A stretch of 64,000 nt of DNA. Origin: the human T2T-CHM13v2.0 reference genome, Homo sapiens. The position numbers were made by a program, and so were the translations under genes. The stretch is from NCBI RefSeq assembly GCF_009914755.1, contig NC_060939.1. One strand, 5' to 3'. The notes beneath the pieces were generated by a model. It was not told the origin of the DNA, did not search any database, and saw only the letters and a list, made by a program, of their open reading frames with translations. Of this stretch, positions 32,009 through 45,702 are shown piece after piece (positions within the stretch are counted from its first letter, which is position 1; the number at the start of each line of letters is the position of its first letter).

Positions 32009-32320
32009 TTTTTTTTTTTTTTTTTTTTCAGGCAGACTCTCACTCTGCTGCCCAGGCTAGAGTGCAGTGGTGTGATTATAGCTCACTGCAGCTTCAAACC
32101 CCTGGGCTTAAATGATCCTCCTACCTCAGCAACCCAAGAAGCTGGGACAACAGGTATGTGCCACCACGCCTGGCTAATTTAAAAAAAGGTTTGTTATGTT
32201 TTGTAGAAATGGGGTCTCGCCATGTTGCCAAGGCTGGTCTTGAACTCCTGGGCTCAAGCCATCCTCCTGCTTTGGTCTCCTAAAATGCTGGGATTACAGG
32301 CGTGAACCACTGTCCCCAGC
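32009..32320 (-). mobile_element. AluJ
   Basis: Full dimer with T20 tail and J-type features. Confidence 0.9.
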
Positions 32321-32359
32321 TCATGAAGCTAGTTTTCTAATCAGGTGTTGATTTTCTTG

Positions 32360-32470
32360 TGCAATTTGTCGAATACTGTACTGAAAGTGAACATGGTTGT
32401 GTGGGACTTAAGTGCCGTTGCTACTGAGTTCTGGCCACATTCTTACCATCGTGGAGTCGGGGCCCGTCGG
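32360..32470 (+). mobile_element. Tigger4-like DNA transposon end fragment
   Basis: gaatactgtactgaaagtgaa...atggttgtgtggg...accatcgtggagtcggggcccgtc. Confidence 0.6.
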
Positions 32471-34402
32471 TGGCGCCATCCTAATAAGGCAGGGCCATCT
32501 GTGTAGGAATCTGCTGTTTGCAGAGATTTTTGTTGGTGATCACCAGGCTTGGACTCTGAGAACCTTGGAGGAACCCAGTGGGTAGCACACAATGCGGAGT
32601 GGGACGTTCACTGGACCAGGGAGGTCGGGCCGTGGTTAGGAACCTGGGGGAGGAAGAGCTGAGGGGGTTGGGGATCTGAGCTTTTCTCAGTGGCTCAGCC
32701 ACGACCCTGGGCTACCCCTGCCCCAGGCCTCCCTCCTGTGCCTGTGAGCTGGGGATGATCATTAGTGTCCCCTCCCCCAGCATGTAGGGCTGTGCCAGGC
32801 ACAAGGAGGAGGCTTGCGGCATTCCCACTGAGGACAGACTACCCGGGAAAGCACTCGGACAGCCTCAGGGAAGATGAGGGTGGGTCCAGGAGATGCCAAG
32901 GGCAGGCCCTTGGGCAGGTTTTTCAACAGTGCCTCTGCCCCACCACCCCTGTGCCCTTGCCTGTCACCACAGGGTCTCGGAGAGGAGAGCCATGTGGCTC
33001 AGCATGGCCAGGGGCAGGCTAGACTGTCCTGCTGCAGAGGACCCACTGGGGCCCAGTGGGACAGCCCTCCCCCTCCCCCTGGGACTCCATGGCCTGTGCT
33101 GTCCTCCTGCCCAAGAAGCTTCCCTCTGAGGCATCTCGGGTCCGGGTCCGTCCTGCTCACCCAGGGCCAGGAGCCCCCAGGAGGCCCACAGTAAGAAGGA
33201 GCGCAAGACATAAACAATTTCCCCCTCCTCTGCCGAAGGCTCTGGTGTCAGCGTGCTTTGCCTGCAGTGGCCTTTCCCCGGGGCAGCGAGGGCCTGAGTG
33301 GGCGCCTCCCCCAACGCCTCCTGGGTGTCAGCCCCAGACTGCCCCACGGCTCCACCCCTGTTCAGAGCCACTCAGCCCCTGGGAAAGGTGGCTGGGTCAT
33401 GAGTTGGGGATATGAGGGGGATCAGTGCCTGCTAGTTGGTGCCAGAAAACCACCTTTGCTGGACTTGGCATTGAGGGTTGGCAAGGGGGCCTCAGAGACA
33501 CTCTCCTCCCTCCTACCTGTACCCCCAGGGTACCCGTGGTCACTCAGTTCCTGACTGCCTGCTTTGGGTTGGGATCCCAGGACCCACCCTCTCCTGGCTT
33601 CTGCTGAGCCATGCCCTCCGCGGTGGGGGGGTCCCCTGCCTGATGCCACGGCCTTGCGAGTGTCACTCAGAGCCCCTGCTGCACGGAGCCGTGCTGTGGG
33701 TTTCTTTTCCTGTGTGGACCTGCAGAGAAGCTGCCTTGTCACTGTCCCCTCATTGCTGGGGTATAAATCCTCATTGTCACTATCTTCTTGGCCCTCTGCC
33801 ACCAGCTGTGGACTCTGGGGACACTCAGGACTCAGGCCTGGAATTTTCCCCAAGGTTTTTCCTAGGTGCATTGGTGTAAACAGGGTCCCCTCTTGCCCCA
33901 GAGGCTGAGCTCCCATGGGCAGGGGGAGAGTGGGAGCAGTTGTCTGAGGGCCAGGCTGCGGGAACAGGGTCTGGGGTTTCCTGTGGAAATGCTGAAGAGT
34001 TCCCCCCCCCGCCCTGGCTCCGGCCAGCATCTGGTCACCCTGGCGGGCAGGGAGTGGCAGCTGCAGAACGCATGAAAGTGGTGGGTGGGGTGGGAGTGGC
34101 TGGTGCTGACTTTGTCCAAAGGCCAGAGGTGCGGTGGGGCCCCTGACACCATGTGGCTAAGGGCTTCTCCATTCACCAGGACTGTTCTCACAGAGTCTTT
34201 CCAGAGAGGCTGCAAAGGGCCTCTTATCTCCAAAAACGTCTATTTTATAGGCACCTGGATGTCTACTGTGTCCTGATACAGAGGAGAGGACATGCAATGG
34301 GAGATAACGTGGCTACCTTTGGCCATGTCGGGTGGATAAGAGATGGCCAACAGGTCACTGCAGGGCCTGCTCCCCCTTACTTACCCCATCAGGGGACAGG
34401 AT

Positions 34403-34405
<3 letters not shown>

Positions 34406-34453
<48 letters not shown>
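34406..34453. repeat. (GT)24 microsatellite
   Basis: Perfect dinucleotide run. Confidence 0.98.
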
Positions 34454-34454
<1 letters not shown>

Positions 34455-35727
34455 AAGGAGGGGTATCCCTCTGGTGCAGTCCTTGATGGTTTCCTCACCT
34501 TGATGTTGGTCCCATGGCCATCGGTGTTGGCCTCACCATCACCACTTTCAGTCTCTGAACAGCAACAGGCTCCACTGAGCAGGTGCCCAGTGACACCTGG
34601 TGCGTTGGAGGGTGGGGCTGAGCCCTGGTGAGCCAGGACCTGCTGAAAGATCAGGGGGAAGAGAATAGACCCCCCTCCACCAGCCCTGGGGACCCACAAA
34701 GGAACATTCAGGCCGCCCCAGTTTGAGCCATGAGTTGTGTCCACGGCAGCCTCGCTTCCTTTGCTGGGCCTTGGCAGCGATAACGCCTGAATCTGTGCAG
34801 GTCTCAGGTGAGCCTTCTCCAGCTCAGCCTCTGTCGCCTCACAGGACGCCTCGGTTCCCGGGCATTGATTCAGCACCTGCTGTGTGAAGGGAAACCAGAG
34901 AGGCCAGTCCTTGCTCCTGAGGACTCAAGGGTCTGGATGTGGGGGGAAACCCACACCCCACAACGCTCCCAGACGATGGACGCAGCGCAAGGTCTAGGCT
35001 CACTCCAGGAATGTGGGGCACAGGGCCCAGAGCCCATTTGGATGAGGAGGCGCCGTGCCCTCCGTGGGCTGGAGGGACAGGGGGCCTTTGGTGGCCGGTG
35101 AAAGCGTTTTGCCAGCTGAGAATATTCTTTTTGCTGGCCGCGTCTAATCTGGTTTCTGGGGAAGATAAGAGGAGGCTACATCAGCAGATGCCTGTCACCA
35201 TGGACTAAGAGCTGGCTCAGGGAATCCAATTCCAGCTCAGAACCCGGGGCCCAAGGAGCCGCTTGAGGCTGTGGCTCTGTCTCTTTTTGGACTCGAGGGA
35301 CTCTGACCATGGTTGTGGACTCTCCCTAGAAAACATGCACACATAGCAATTTGCTGACCTGTCCTGGGAGCTCAAGGGAGGCCCAAGGCAGTGGGGCTGG
35401 GGGGCAGGGAGCAGAGGGGCAGGGTCGGGGCCAGGGGAAAGAGAGAGCATGGGGGGGGGTCCTGTCCCCTTGAGGCTGCCATGCAGGGGCTGGCTGCATT
35501 CCAAAGCTGGAGGAACAGCTCTGCCTTGCAGGGAATTAGCACAGTCTGCCTGTCCGGCTGCTTCACCATGGGTTGCCCCCGTGCCATTGAGGATGGTGAT
35601 GGGGGAGGAAGGGTGGTGATGAGGGAGGGAGGGTCTTGATGTACCACCTGCCCCCAGATGGCCAAGGTGACCCTCCCCAGCGTCCCCAAGCTTCGCAGGC
35701 ATGTAGGGGAGCCTCGGAGGGCACATC

Positions 35728-36315
35728 TGTTTGCTGTTCCTGCTGTTACACGTGACCACAAACTTAGTGGTCTAAAACAATGCAAATGTATTTATTTTTT
35801 CCTCTTTTTTCCCCCATGTAGGACAGGTAATGTGCCACTGTTCTAAAGACGTTGCACGTCCCACGCAAGAGTGCGAAAACCCCCTCATCACACATATCAG
35901 CCACAGAAGGATCAAAACAATGCCAATTTATTATTTTAGAGTTCGGGGGGTCAGAAGTCCCACGGGGCCGCACTGGGCTAAAGCCACGGCGTCAGCAGGG
36001 CTGGCTCCTTCTGGAGGCTGGGGGCAGATGCATCTCCTGGCCTTTCCCGGCTTCTGAAGGCCACCACGTTCTGGGCCTCAGTCCCAGGCTGGGGCATCAC
36101 CACACCCACTGCTTTTGCACCAGGTCTGCTCTGACCCCTGCCTCTCTCTCACAGGGGCCCTTGTCATGCCACTGGGTTCACCTGCATGATGCCGGGGAGC
36201 CTCCCATCGCAGGACCCTCGGTCACACTGGCAATGTCCCTTTTGCCATGAAAAGTAGCCCATTCACAGTCCCGGGATTAGGATGTGGGCCTTTTGGGGGG
36301 CACCATTCTGCCCAC
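35728..36315 (-). mobile_element. MLT1-type LTR interrupted by a snoRNA retrocopy
   Basis: gaccacaaacttagtggtctaaaacaatgc ... cactgggctaaagcc...ccttctggaggct ... ttttgggggcaccattctgccc. Confidence 0.8.
35817..35912 (-). pseudogene. U13 snoRNA (SNORD13-like) processed pseudogene
   Basis: Minus strand ATCCTTCTGTGGCTGATATGTGTGATGAGGGGGTTTTCGCACTCTTGCGTGGGACGTGC...GGCACATTACCTGTC aligns to U13 as recalled; box C (GTGATGA) intact, box D mutated; A-rich tail 35791-35816; TSD aaaacaatgc(a/c)aat(g/t)tatt at 35774 and 35914. Confidence 0.88.
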
Positions 36316-36583
36316 CGTGGAGGGTGTGCAGGAGTGACCAGACCTCAGGGAGGCTCTCAAATTGACCTCATCCCCAGCACAAAGTCCAGGAGGGATGGCA
36401 TGAGGTGTCCAGGATGCTGGAGCTTGGTGGGGGCTGGACAGGGACTCTGCTCAGGCACCCAGCCCCAGTGTGAGGGGCCCATGGCTGTGGGCGCAGGAGC
36501 CACAAGGGAGAAATGATGGCCCCATAGACTTTCCTTCCCCAAACTCGGATCCCCTGAAACAGAGAGGTGAGGCTTAGGGGTGA

Positions 36584-36955
<372 letters not shown>

Positions 36956-36976
36956 GTCTCTTTTCAAAAAAAAAAA

Positions 36977-37278
36977 TTTTTTTTTTTGAGTCACAGTTTC
37001 ACTCTTTTTGCCCAGGCTGGAGTGCAATGGTGCCGTCTTGACTCACTGAAACCTCCGCCTTCCAGGTTCAAGCAATTCTCCTGCTTCAGCCTCCTGAGTA
37101 GCTGGGATTATAGCGCCTGCCACCACATCCGGCTTATTTTGCACTTATTTTTATTTTTAGTAGAGATGTGGTTTTACGACGTTGGCCAGGCAGATCTTGA
37201 ACTCCTGACCTCAGGTGATCTGCTCGCCTCGGCCTCCGAAAGTGCTGGGATTACAGGCGTGAGTCACCGTGCCTAGCC
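36977..37278 (-). mobile_element. AluS
   Basis: Full dimer. Confidence 0.92.
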
Positions 37279-37559
37279 TCAAAATTTTTTAATGTAACTT
37301 TTCAAATAAACTCACACATGTGATCAGTGATCACCACACATGCTTTATCGATAATTGCCACACTTGTTTCATGCATTGCTGTTGTCTTTCTCTTTCCTTT
37401 TCCCCTTTGGCTGAAGCATCTTCCATCCTGTAGCAAATGTTCTGAAATTTTGTTCCTATGAACTTCAGGTTGCAAGGCGCCAAGTACGGGAAACTCTGGA
37501 ACACACTTGCGGCTCCCTTAGGGCAATGTTCAAATTAACAGTCATTCCTTGGCACCTGC

Positions 37560-38250
37560 TCAGGCCCCATCCGGAATCACATTCCCCTGATTGTTTGCTT
37601 ACATCCATCAGATGGAACACATAGGTTCCTAACAAGGCCCACAGTTTAAGTTTTGTGGTGGCGCCTCTTGAACCTCTCTTACTCTAGATCAGGCGCCGCC
37701 CCGACCCCCACTGCTCCTCCCACCACTTGTGATTTGTTGCAGAAACCAGATCAGCTGTCCTGCAAATGTGTCGCCTATCACGCAGCTGTTTGCCTCTCTG
37801 TGGTGTCGCCTCGCCCCATGTCTCCTGCAAATGGAAGCTGTGCTGCAGAAATGCCCTTAGATTCAGGCTCATCTTTCTTTGCCAGAAGCCTTCGTGGGCA
37901 GAGCTGTGAGAGCCACATGGAAGCACCTGTGATGCTAAGTGTGCCCCGTGGGTCCAGGTGGCCAGAGCCCGAACCCACCCTGTGATGCAAAGTGTGCCCA
38001 GTGGGTCCAGGTGGCCATAGCCCTGACCTACCCTGTAATGCTAAGTGTGCCCCGTGGGTCCAAGTGGCCACAGCCCGAACCCACCCTGTGATGCTAAGTG
38101 TGGCCAGTAGGTCCAGGTGGTCATAGCCTGAACCCACCCTGTGATGCCCTTGTTTTGTCATTACTGATCTCATCCATGACCCTTGCGAGAAATAATTATG
38201 TCATGAGAGGTGGCAAAATCGTGGTTTCTCTCATGATCTCATCTCTTCAC
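37560..38250 (-). mobile_element. Highly diverged L1MC4/5-like 3' UTR remnant
   Basis: ttgttgcagaaaccagatcagctgtcctg...ttagattcaggctc...gtgatgctaag; boundaries and subfamily uncertain. Confidence 0.5.
37927..38147. repeat. 53-bp minisatellite, 4 copies plus a partial
   Basis: Anchor ctgt(g/a)atgc at 37927, 37980, 38033, 38086 and 38139. Confidence 0.95.
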
Positions 38251-38296
38251 AATGAGTAGCTGAAATTCTTCTATCAAAAACAACAACAACAAAAAT

Positions 38297-38912
<616 letters not shown>

Positions 38913-39039
38913 CTAGAGTTATTGAGTTACCCTGAAATATAGTTTAAAAGGGAAATTCTTAATTCTTTTCTTTTAATTGACAATGTTCCGAATAGAGAGT
39001 TGGAGCCTTGTTTTTCCAGTGGACTACCGATGGGTTTTG

Positions 39040-39177
39040 GTTTGGTTTCTCTCTTTAAATCTATTTATAGCTTTTGTGTATTCATTGTGTATTCAGCAAT
39101 TACACACAATGAATACACAAAAAATTACACAACCAATACACAAAAGGTATAGGCAGATTTAAAAAGCGAGATACCAA
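39040..39177. repeat. Long inverted repeat with a perfect 19-bp inner stem
   Basis: ttttgtgtattcattgtgt (39072-39090) and acacaatgaatacacaaaa (39104-39122) are exact reverse complements; imperfect outer arms extend to ~39040 and ~39177. Confidence 0.9.
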
Positions 39178-39302
39178 GGCTTGATTTTAGGCTCGATTTG
39201 TCCCCTCTTTAGCCAGGGATTTCTAATTTTTTTCACCTCAAAAGTGGTAGGCCAGGGTGCTGTCCCATCAGTGGTGGGAGGAAAGGTTGGTTGCCCCGGA
39301 CA

Positions 39303-39474
39303 GTGGGTGAATGCCGGGGTGCCAGTGTCAGGGAGGGGAGGGGCTGGTGGGTGAATGCCAGAATGCCAGTGTCAGGGACGGAGGGGCTGGTGGGTGAATG
39401 CCAGGGTGCCAGTGTCAGGGACAGAGGGGCTGGTGGGTGAATGCCTTGGTGCCAGTGTCAGGGACGGAGGGGCT
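39303..39474. repeat. 43-bp G-rich minisatellite, 4 copies
   Basis: Anchor gtgggtgaatgcc at 39303, 39347, 39390 and 39433. Confidence 0.95.
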
Positions 39475-39570
39475 TGTTGAAGAGAAACTCTTTCTTCAGG
39501 GCCATTGATTTCCCTGCCTTGTTTGAAGTGCCTGGATTGGGCTCTCTGAAAACCAACACCATCTTATTAG

Positions 39571-39904
<334 letters not shown>

Positions 39905-42900
39905 TTTTCTTTTCTTTCTTTAGAGACAGGGTCTCTCTCTGTCACCCTAACTGGAGTGCGGTGGCATGATCACGACTCACTGCAGCCTCGACCTCCTGGG
40001 TTCAAGCGATCCTCCCATCTCAGCGTCCTGAATATCTGGGACGACCGCACCTCACTAATATGTGTGTGTGTGTGTGCGTGTGTGTGTGTATGTGTGTGTT
40101 TTGCAGAGATGAGGTCTCCCCATGTTGCACAGGCCTGGCAGGTGTTTCTGATAGTCACAAAGCCCCTGCTACTGGGGAAAGGGAAAGGAAGCCCCAGCTA
40201 AGACCCAATTAAGAAAATCCCAGAACCAAGAACGAATCGACTGTTCGGCTTTGGTAATCTCCAATGTGTCCACCAGGTGGTGCTGTCCAGCCACAAATCT
40301 CCCAGGTTTGATCTCGGGCTTCTGCCGAGGGCACCTCCAGGGCTGGGGTCTCATCGTGTTGTCCCCACTTTATTCCAACGTCCACCCCAGGCCTGGGGGA
40401 GCCCAGGGAGGACCGAGTTTCCTGGGCCCCGCAGGGTGCACAGAGGTGAGTTTGGTAGTGCGGTCCCGACCTCGACAAGCATCCCAGCGAAGCAGGCTGA
40501 GCGCCCGGCTGGCTCCCTCAGGACCCCTCCTCCGGGCCTTCGCCCTGTTGATTTGGGTGTTTTAATGCAAGAAAGTAGGACACTGGTTGTCACCTGCCTG
40601 CTCCTACAAGGAAAATGCATGTTTGTGTGGTTATCCGTGGCCACCCCCACCAGGGCCTGCGGGGGGTCCAGTGCAGTGGAGGTGGGGAGGCGACTCATGG
40701 GCTCCAGGATCCGTGGAGAGTGAGTGTCAGCGGGAGGGTGTCCCCTGACCTCGGTCAATGGAAGCTGCTCTTCCTGGGGGTCCCACGGGAGGCCCGTGAT
40801 GGGGGTGGGGGAGGAGGGGTAAACGCCAGGCCCTGATTGGCCGCCTGTCCTTGGGTCTTGGCTGGTCCTAAGAGGGAACGGGGAGCACAGCTGGGGTCAC
40901 AGCCTCAGCCGGGACTCCTGCCCTCCAGCCCCTCAGCATCCTCCCTGCGTGTGCTCTCCTGGGGGCTGCTCAGGGCAGGTGGCGAGTAGGGGAGCTGTGG
41001 GACCAGAGAGAAGGGGTGGACGTGCCCAGGGCCTGCCCTCTTGGCCTGCCGTGGAGACCCACCCAGGCATACCTGGGGGCTGACCCTCCCCTGCAGAGAG
41101 CAGGGTGAACCCCAGCCCTGCCCTCGCCTAAGAGCCAGGTTCGAGGGGAGTGTAATTTATAATGAACCTCACTCCTCCCCCCAACACCCACCACAGGGAG
41201 GAGCCAGCCTCTCTCCTGACACCAAAGTCACGCTCCTGACCCTGCAGGCCACAGGATGAGGAGGACCCAGAGAGGCAGCGGGGTGGGGGCATTTCATAAG
41301 CCGGTGAGAGCTGCCCGTGTGCATCCTCAGGCCTCACAGTGGAGTGAGGGGCGGGGGCCGCCTGCGTCCTCCACAGGAGCTCCTGTCATTCCACCTCTGG
41401 GGGTGCACTTGCCGACTTGCCCCAGACCTGGACTCAGGCTGCGCTGCTGTCTGCCCAGGGCCTGGCGATTGCTGCGCCCATGGTGGGTCCCACAGGCAGG
41501 CCCTGCCCTCCCATCGCTGGCTTCTGAGCAGGGGCTTTGGGGCTGCTGGACCTTGGAGGCAGATCGGGGGCTTCTGGTGTCCCTATGTCTTGGGGGCCTG
41601 GTGTCCTGAGGGCCAGCGCCCCCCGGCCTGCACTGGGACCCTCCATGGAAGCAACTCCTCTTTCATCTCAGGCACTGGGTGTCCCAGGGCCAGGGAAGGG
41701 GCTGCGCAGCACCTCAGGAGCCCAGAAGAGCTGCCAGCCAAGGAGGAGGAGCTGGGGGGAGCAGAGGCCTGGACCAGCTGGGATGTTCCCATCCGCGTGT
41801 CCCTCCCGCCCAGGCCACATGGGCAGGGGAGGAAGAGGGGAGGAGGAGGGGAGGGGCCCTTGTCCTCCCAGAGCCTCTCCCTTCCTCTCCCTTCCTCTCC
41901 TCCCTCTCCCTCTGCTCATCTCATCATGAGACAGCTGGCGAGGCCCTTCGGCTGCCCTGGAGTGCCCCTGCCCTGGCCAAGCTCTTGCTGCCCCCTTCTC
42001 CTGGAGGTGCCAGATGGGGCGGGCCCAAAGCAGCAGAGGTCTGGGCCCTGGCTCCAGCTCTGTCCCCTCCCGAGGGCCCTGGAGGAGCTAGGAGGAGGGC
42101 CTAGCAGGGCCGGGCAGATGGTGGGCCGGGAGGAGGGGTTGCCTGGGGAGACGGACCGACTAGCAGGACAGATGGTGGGCCAGGCAGGGGTCCGGAGCCC
42201 GTCCCATCTGCTCCAGTCCCTGGTGGGACTTTTCTTGTCCACCTCGGGCTGAACTGGGATGGGCTGCGTGGGTGGCTGCGGCCCAGGCCGGATTCTGTCA
42301 CACTGGGTCCTCTGTCCCTGGGGCACGGCCAGCCGGGTGCTCATCTGGGGTCTTGAAGCCCCCTCCTGGCAGCTGGCACGTGGCTGGAGGTCATCATGTT
42401 TCGGGGGCTCCTGAGGGTCTGCGGGCCATGCCTGAGCAGAGCCTGGGGCGCGTCCCGGGAACGAAGCCGCCGCTGCAGATGAGGGGCTTTGTAGGTGGGT
42501 GGGCGACTGAAGCCCCCTGGAGGGGCTTCCTGGGGTCCAACGCCGAGAGGGTCCGGGACAAGAAGATGCTCAGTCACGTGTTTGTGCTGCAGGTGCACCC
42601 CCAGCCCAGGCGACATCAACGGCCAGCCCCATACGCGTGAGGAGGGATTGCGGCACCAGGGGCGCTCAGGATTGGGCCGGGCTGCTTCTCAGAAGAGGGG
42701 ACATTGAGCCCAAGCAGGCTGCACTCCTGCTTGGACGGAAGGTGCATGGGTGGGGAGGGTAATCACACCAATAGAGACATGGATGGACTCGTGCAGAACA
42801 TAAATACTCTCTTTGCTTATGTCTATGTTACTCAAAGGAACCATGGAAATAACACATTCCCAATTACAATGCAGTAAACTTTAAGAGGAGCAGAGTGAGC

Positions 42901-45702
42901 TTCGCTCTTTTATGGTTGGTGTATTTCCAAAAAACACTTTCTTCTTCTTTCCCAATTCTTTTTCTAGTTTCTCCTAAATTGGTGTTTCTTTAGATGGAAG
43001 CAGTGTCTCAGACCATAAAACACTAAACCTATTTGAAGCACTTAAGTTAATTATTCTATTCATAAAATCTAGGTTGATCCATCTCATAGCAAAATCCGTT
43101 AGTATAATTTTACCTTCTTCTTTTTAAAAAGCCAACAAACTATAAGTGGTGCTTCTATGTAGAAATATATAAGTAGAACTGAGTTTTTACTTATAGAACT
43201 TATATCAAATGATGATAAGCAAAGTATTTTTATTCTATAACCTGGATTTAAAAATATATAATCTCTGCAATATATATTAAAGAAACTATAATTAATTTTA
43301 AGAAGTCAAATGGGGAAAAAAACAAAACAAAATGTTCCATCCTTAGACAGATGACCTATAATTTATTTTATTTGATTCAAGCTATATCTTTAAATAGTAG
43401 TATCAGGATCACAAGTCATTTTGAAATGTCATAAAAATGTTCCAAGTTTGTGTTTTAAAGGACCTTAGAGGGACTATTTGTGGTTTTGTACTTTCTTTGT
43501 TCAGTGATCCACTTGCAGGTTATTCTGAACCTCCTTGGGAAAAGATGAAAGTAGGATGGCATTTTGGAAATGATTCTTCATTCTGAAACCTCCTTGAGTG
43601 ATAGACTAGATGAAGTATAGTTATATATTTGGCAGTAGAAAGCAATCTCTCCTGTCAAATTTCCCATTCATTTTTATTTCTGGATTTATTCTTTCTACTT
43701 TTGCTCAAATACCAACACATAAAGAGTGTCCACAGATATAGGCTCTAATAATGCACTGTGGGAATTTAACACATTTTAAAAGACTGAAGGATAGTAAGAA
43801 GAGAGTTTTTAACAGATTCCTTATGGAGGGAAAAGAATATTGCTAGATGAAACAAAAATGGAAAAAAATCTTTTATTGATAGATATAGCTTATATTTTCT
43901 TCCTTTACTCCTAATTGAATTGTGAATGTTTTATTATCAAAATTCACAAAATTTTGATAGAATGTGCCAAATATTTCCTGAGTTACAATTTCTCATTTAG
44001 AAACATTTGCTTTAAATTCTCATACATATCCAAAACTGTTCTGTTCATTTTCCTGTTGACTACTTTTTCTACCTTGACTTGAGATACTCCAGAAGAGATA
44101 TCCTTGTTGTTAACAAGAAAATAAGCTAATATAAAAGGGATAAATTAAAGTTAGATTATAGGCCATATACTAAGAACTAAAAAATTGAGTTTGGTGGAAA
44201 CATAAAGATTATGTAGTTAAATGCTCACAATTTTCCCTTATATCACTAAATAAACAAAATAAAAATATTACAAAGGGTTAAAAAAACAGAAAAGATGCCT
44301 GCAACATTTTTAGTCAGATACATATTCGCATAGATATTTCCATATATTCATAGAAATATTTAGTACCATTTCTTTGAAAATAAGAAAGTATAAAGGAAGA
44401 AATTGATTTTGACATTATCCTAGAGAGTTTAAATGGATCCTAACCAAATACAGACACAAGTCAAACAACACTGACCATCCAAGCATTTTACACTGATCAA
44501 GATAATGCAAAAAGGTTGAACTTATGACAAATACAGAAATAAGAAATTTGTGTTATTTTTTAAAGAAATAAACTGTCTGTGATTAATCTTTTTCCCATTT
44601 ATGAAACTTAAATGACATATCATTTGTTTGTAAATTGCAGGCAGGGTGTTTAATTATATAAAAATGAAACACATTCTGTCTTTATGGAGTTTATGGAAAA
44701 AAGGTAATACAGATTAATTTAGGGTAAAGTTTTAAAAATTAATCATTAATATTGGAGAAACAAGGATCAAAAACATCTAAGTAAGCTGTAGCTCAAATAA
44801 GAAGGCATAGACCCATTTCTTCTTGCTCCCTCTCACTAGGCACAACCTTAAGCACTGCAAATGGTACAAAAAGCAAATAAAGGAGAACTCTGCAGGTGGT
44901 AAAAATAGAAGAGCTGGTGTGGGGACCCAGGATTTGAGCAACAACACAACATCAAGATGCCTTGTGTCCTCCCACCTGAGAGGAAGGCCATCCATATCCA
45001 GTACTTCTTTCCCCCATGACATAGTAGCAGAAGGCAGCCCAGATAGGCCCATTGTTTCTCCAGATCAAACAGTAGCCCCCAGCATAGCACCAGCTGAACT
45101 TAAGACATGAGAGTGCATCTCCTCACCCACCTGTCCTGAGACTTCTTTTTTCTACCAAGAGATACTTAGGCTACAAGACAAAGAGCCTGCAGGAGAGACT
45201 GAACAATACCAGGCAACTTAGTAGGTCATGGAAGCCTCTTTGTCCTCATAGGACTGAGATTCTCCATTCTTGATCAGATGTATTAGACCATTTCATGCTG
45301 CTATAATAGAATACCACTGACTGTAATGTATAATGAACAGAAATTTATTTGCAGCAGGAGCCAATCCTTCTCATCAAATTTCACATTCATTTTTATTTCT
45401 AGATTTATTCTTTCGACTTTTGCTTAAATGTCCACATTTAAAGAGTGTCCACAGATACAATATAGGCTCTAGTGATGCATTGTGGAAATTTAATACGTAG
45501 TGAAACACTCAAGGATAGTACAAAGAAAGCTCTCTTATTTTTACTACCTTCAGGGTTCTCCTCTATATTTGTCTTTTCACTACTTCTAATGCTTAAGGTT
45601 GTGTCTCGTGAGAGACAGCAAGAAGAAATGGGTCTATGCCTTCTTGTCCGAACCACGTTTCATTTAGATGTTTTTGATCCTTGTGTCTTTTATACTAATG
45701 AT

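Noticed and set aside
33755-33775. TATA box (ggggtataaatcc)
   Set aside because: Isolated hexamer with no supportable downstream gene.
41317-42252. 311-aa ORF and the many 60-200 aa ORFs across 28-42.7 kb
   Set aside because: Expected in GC-rich DNA; Pro/Gly/Ala/Arg-biased, overlapping on both strands, no recognisable domain.
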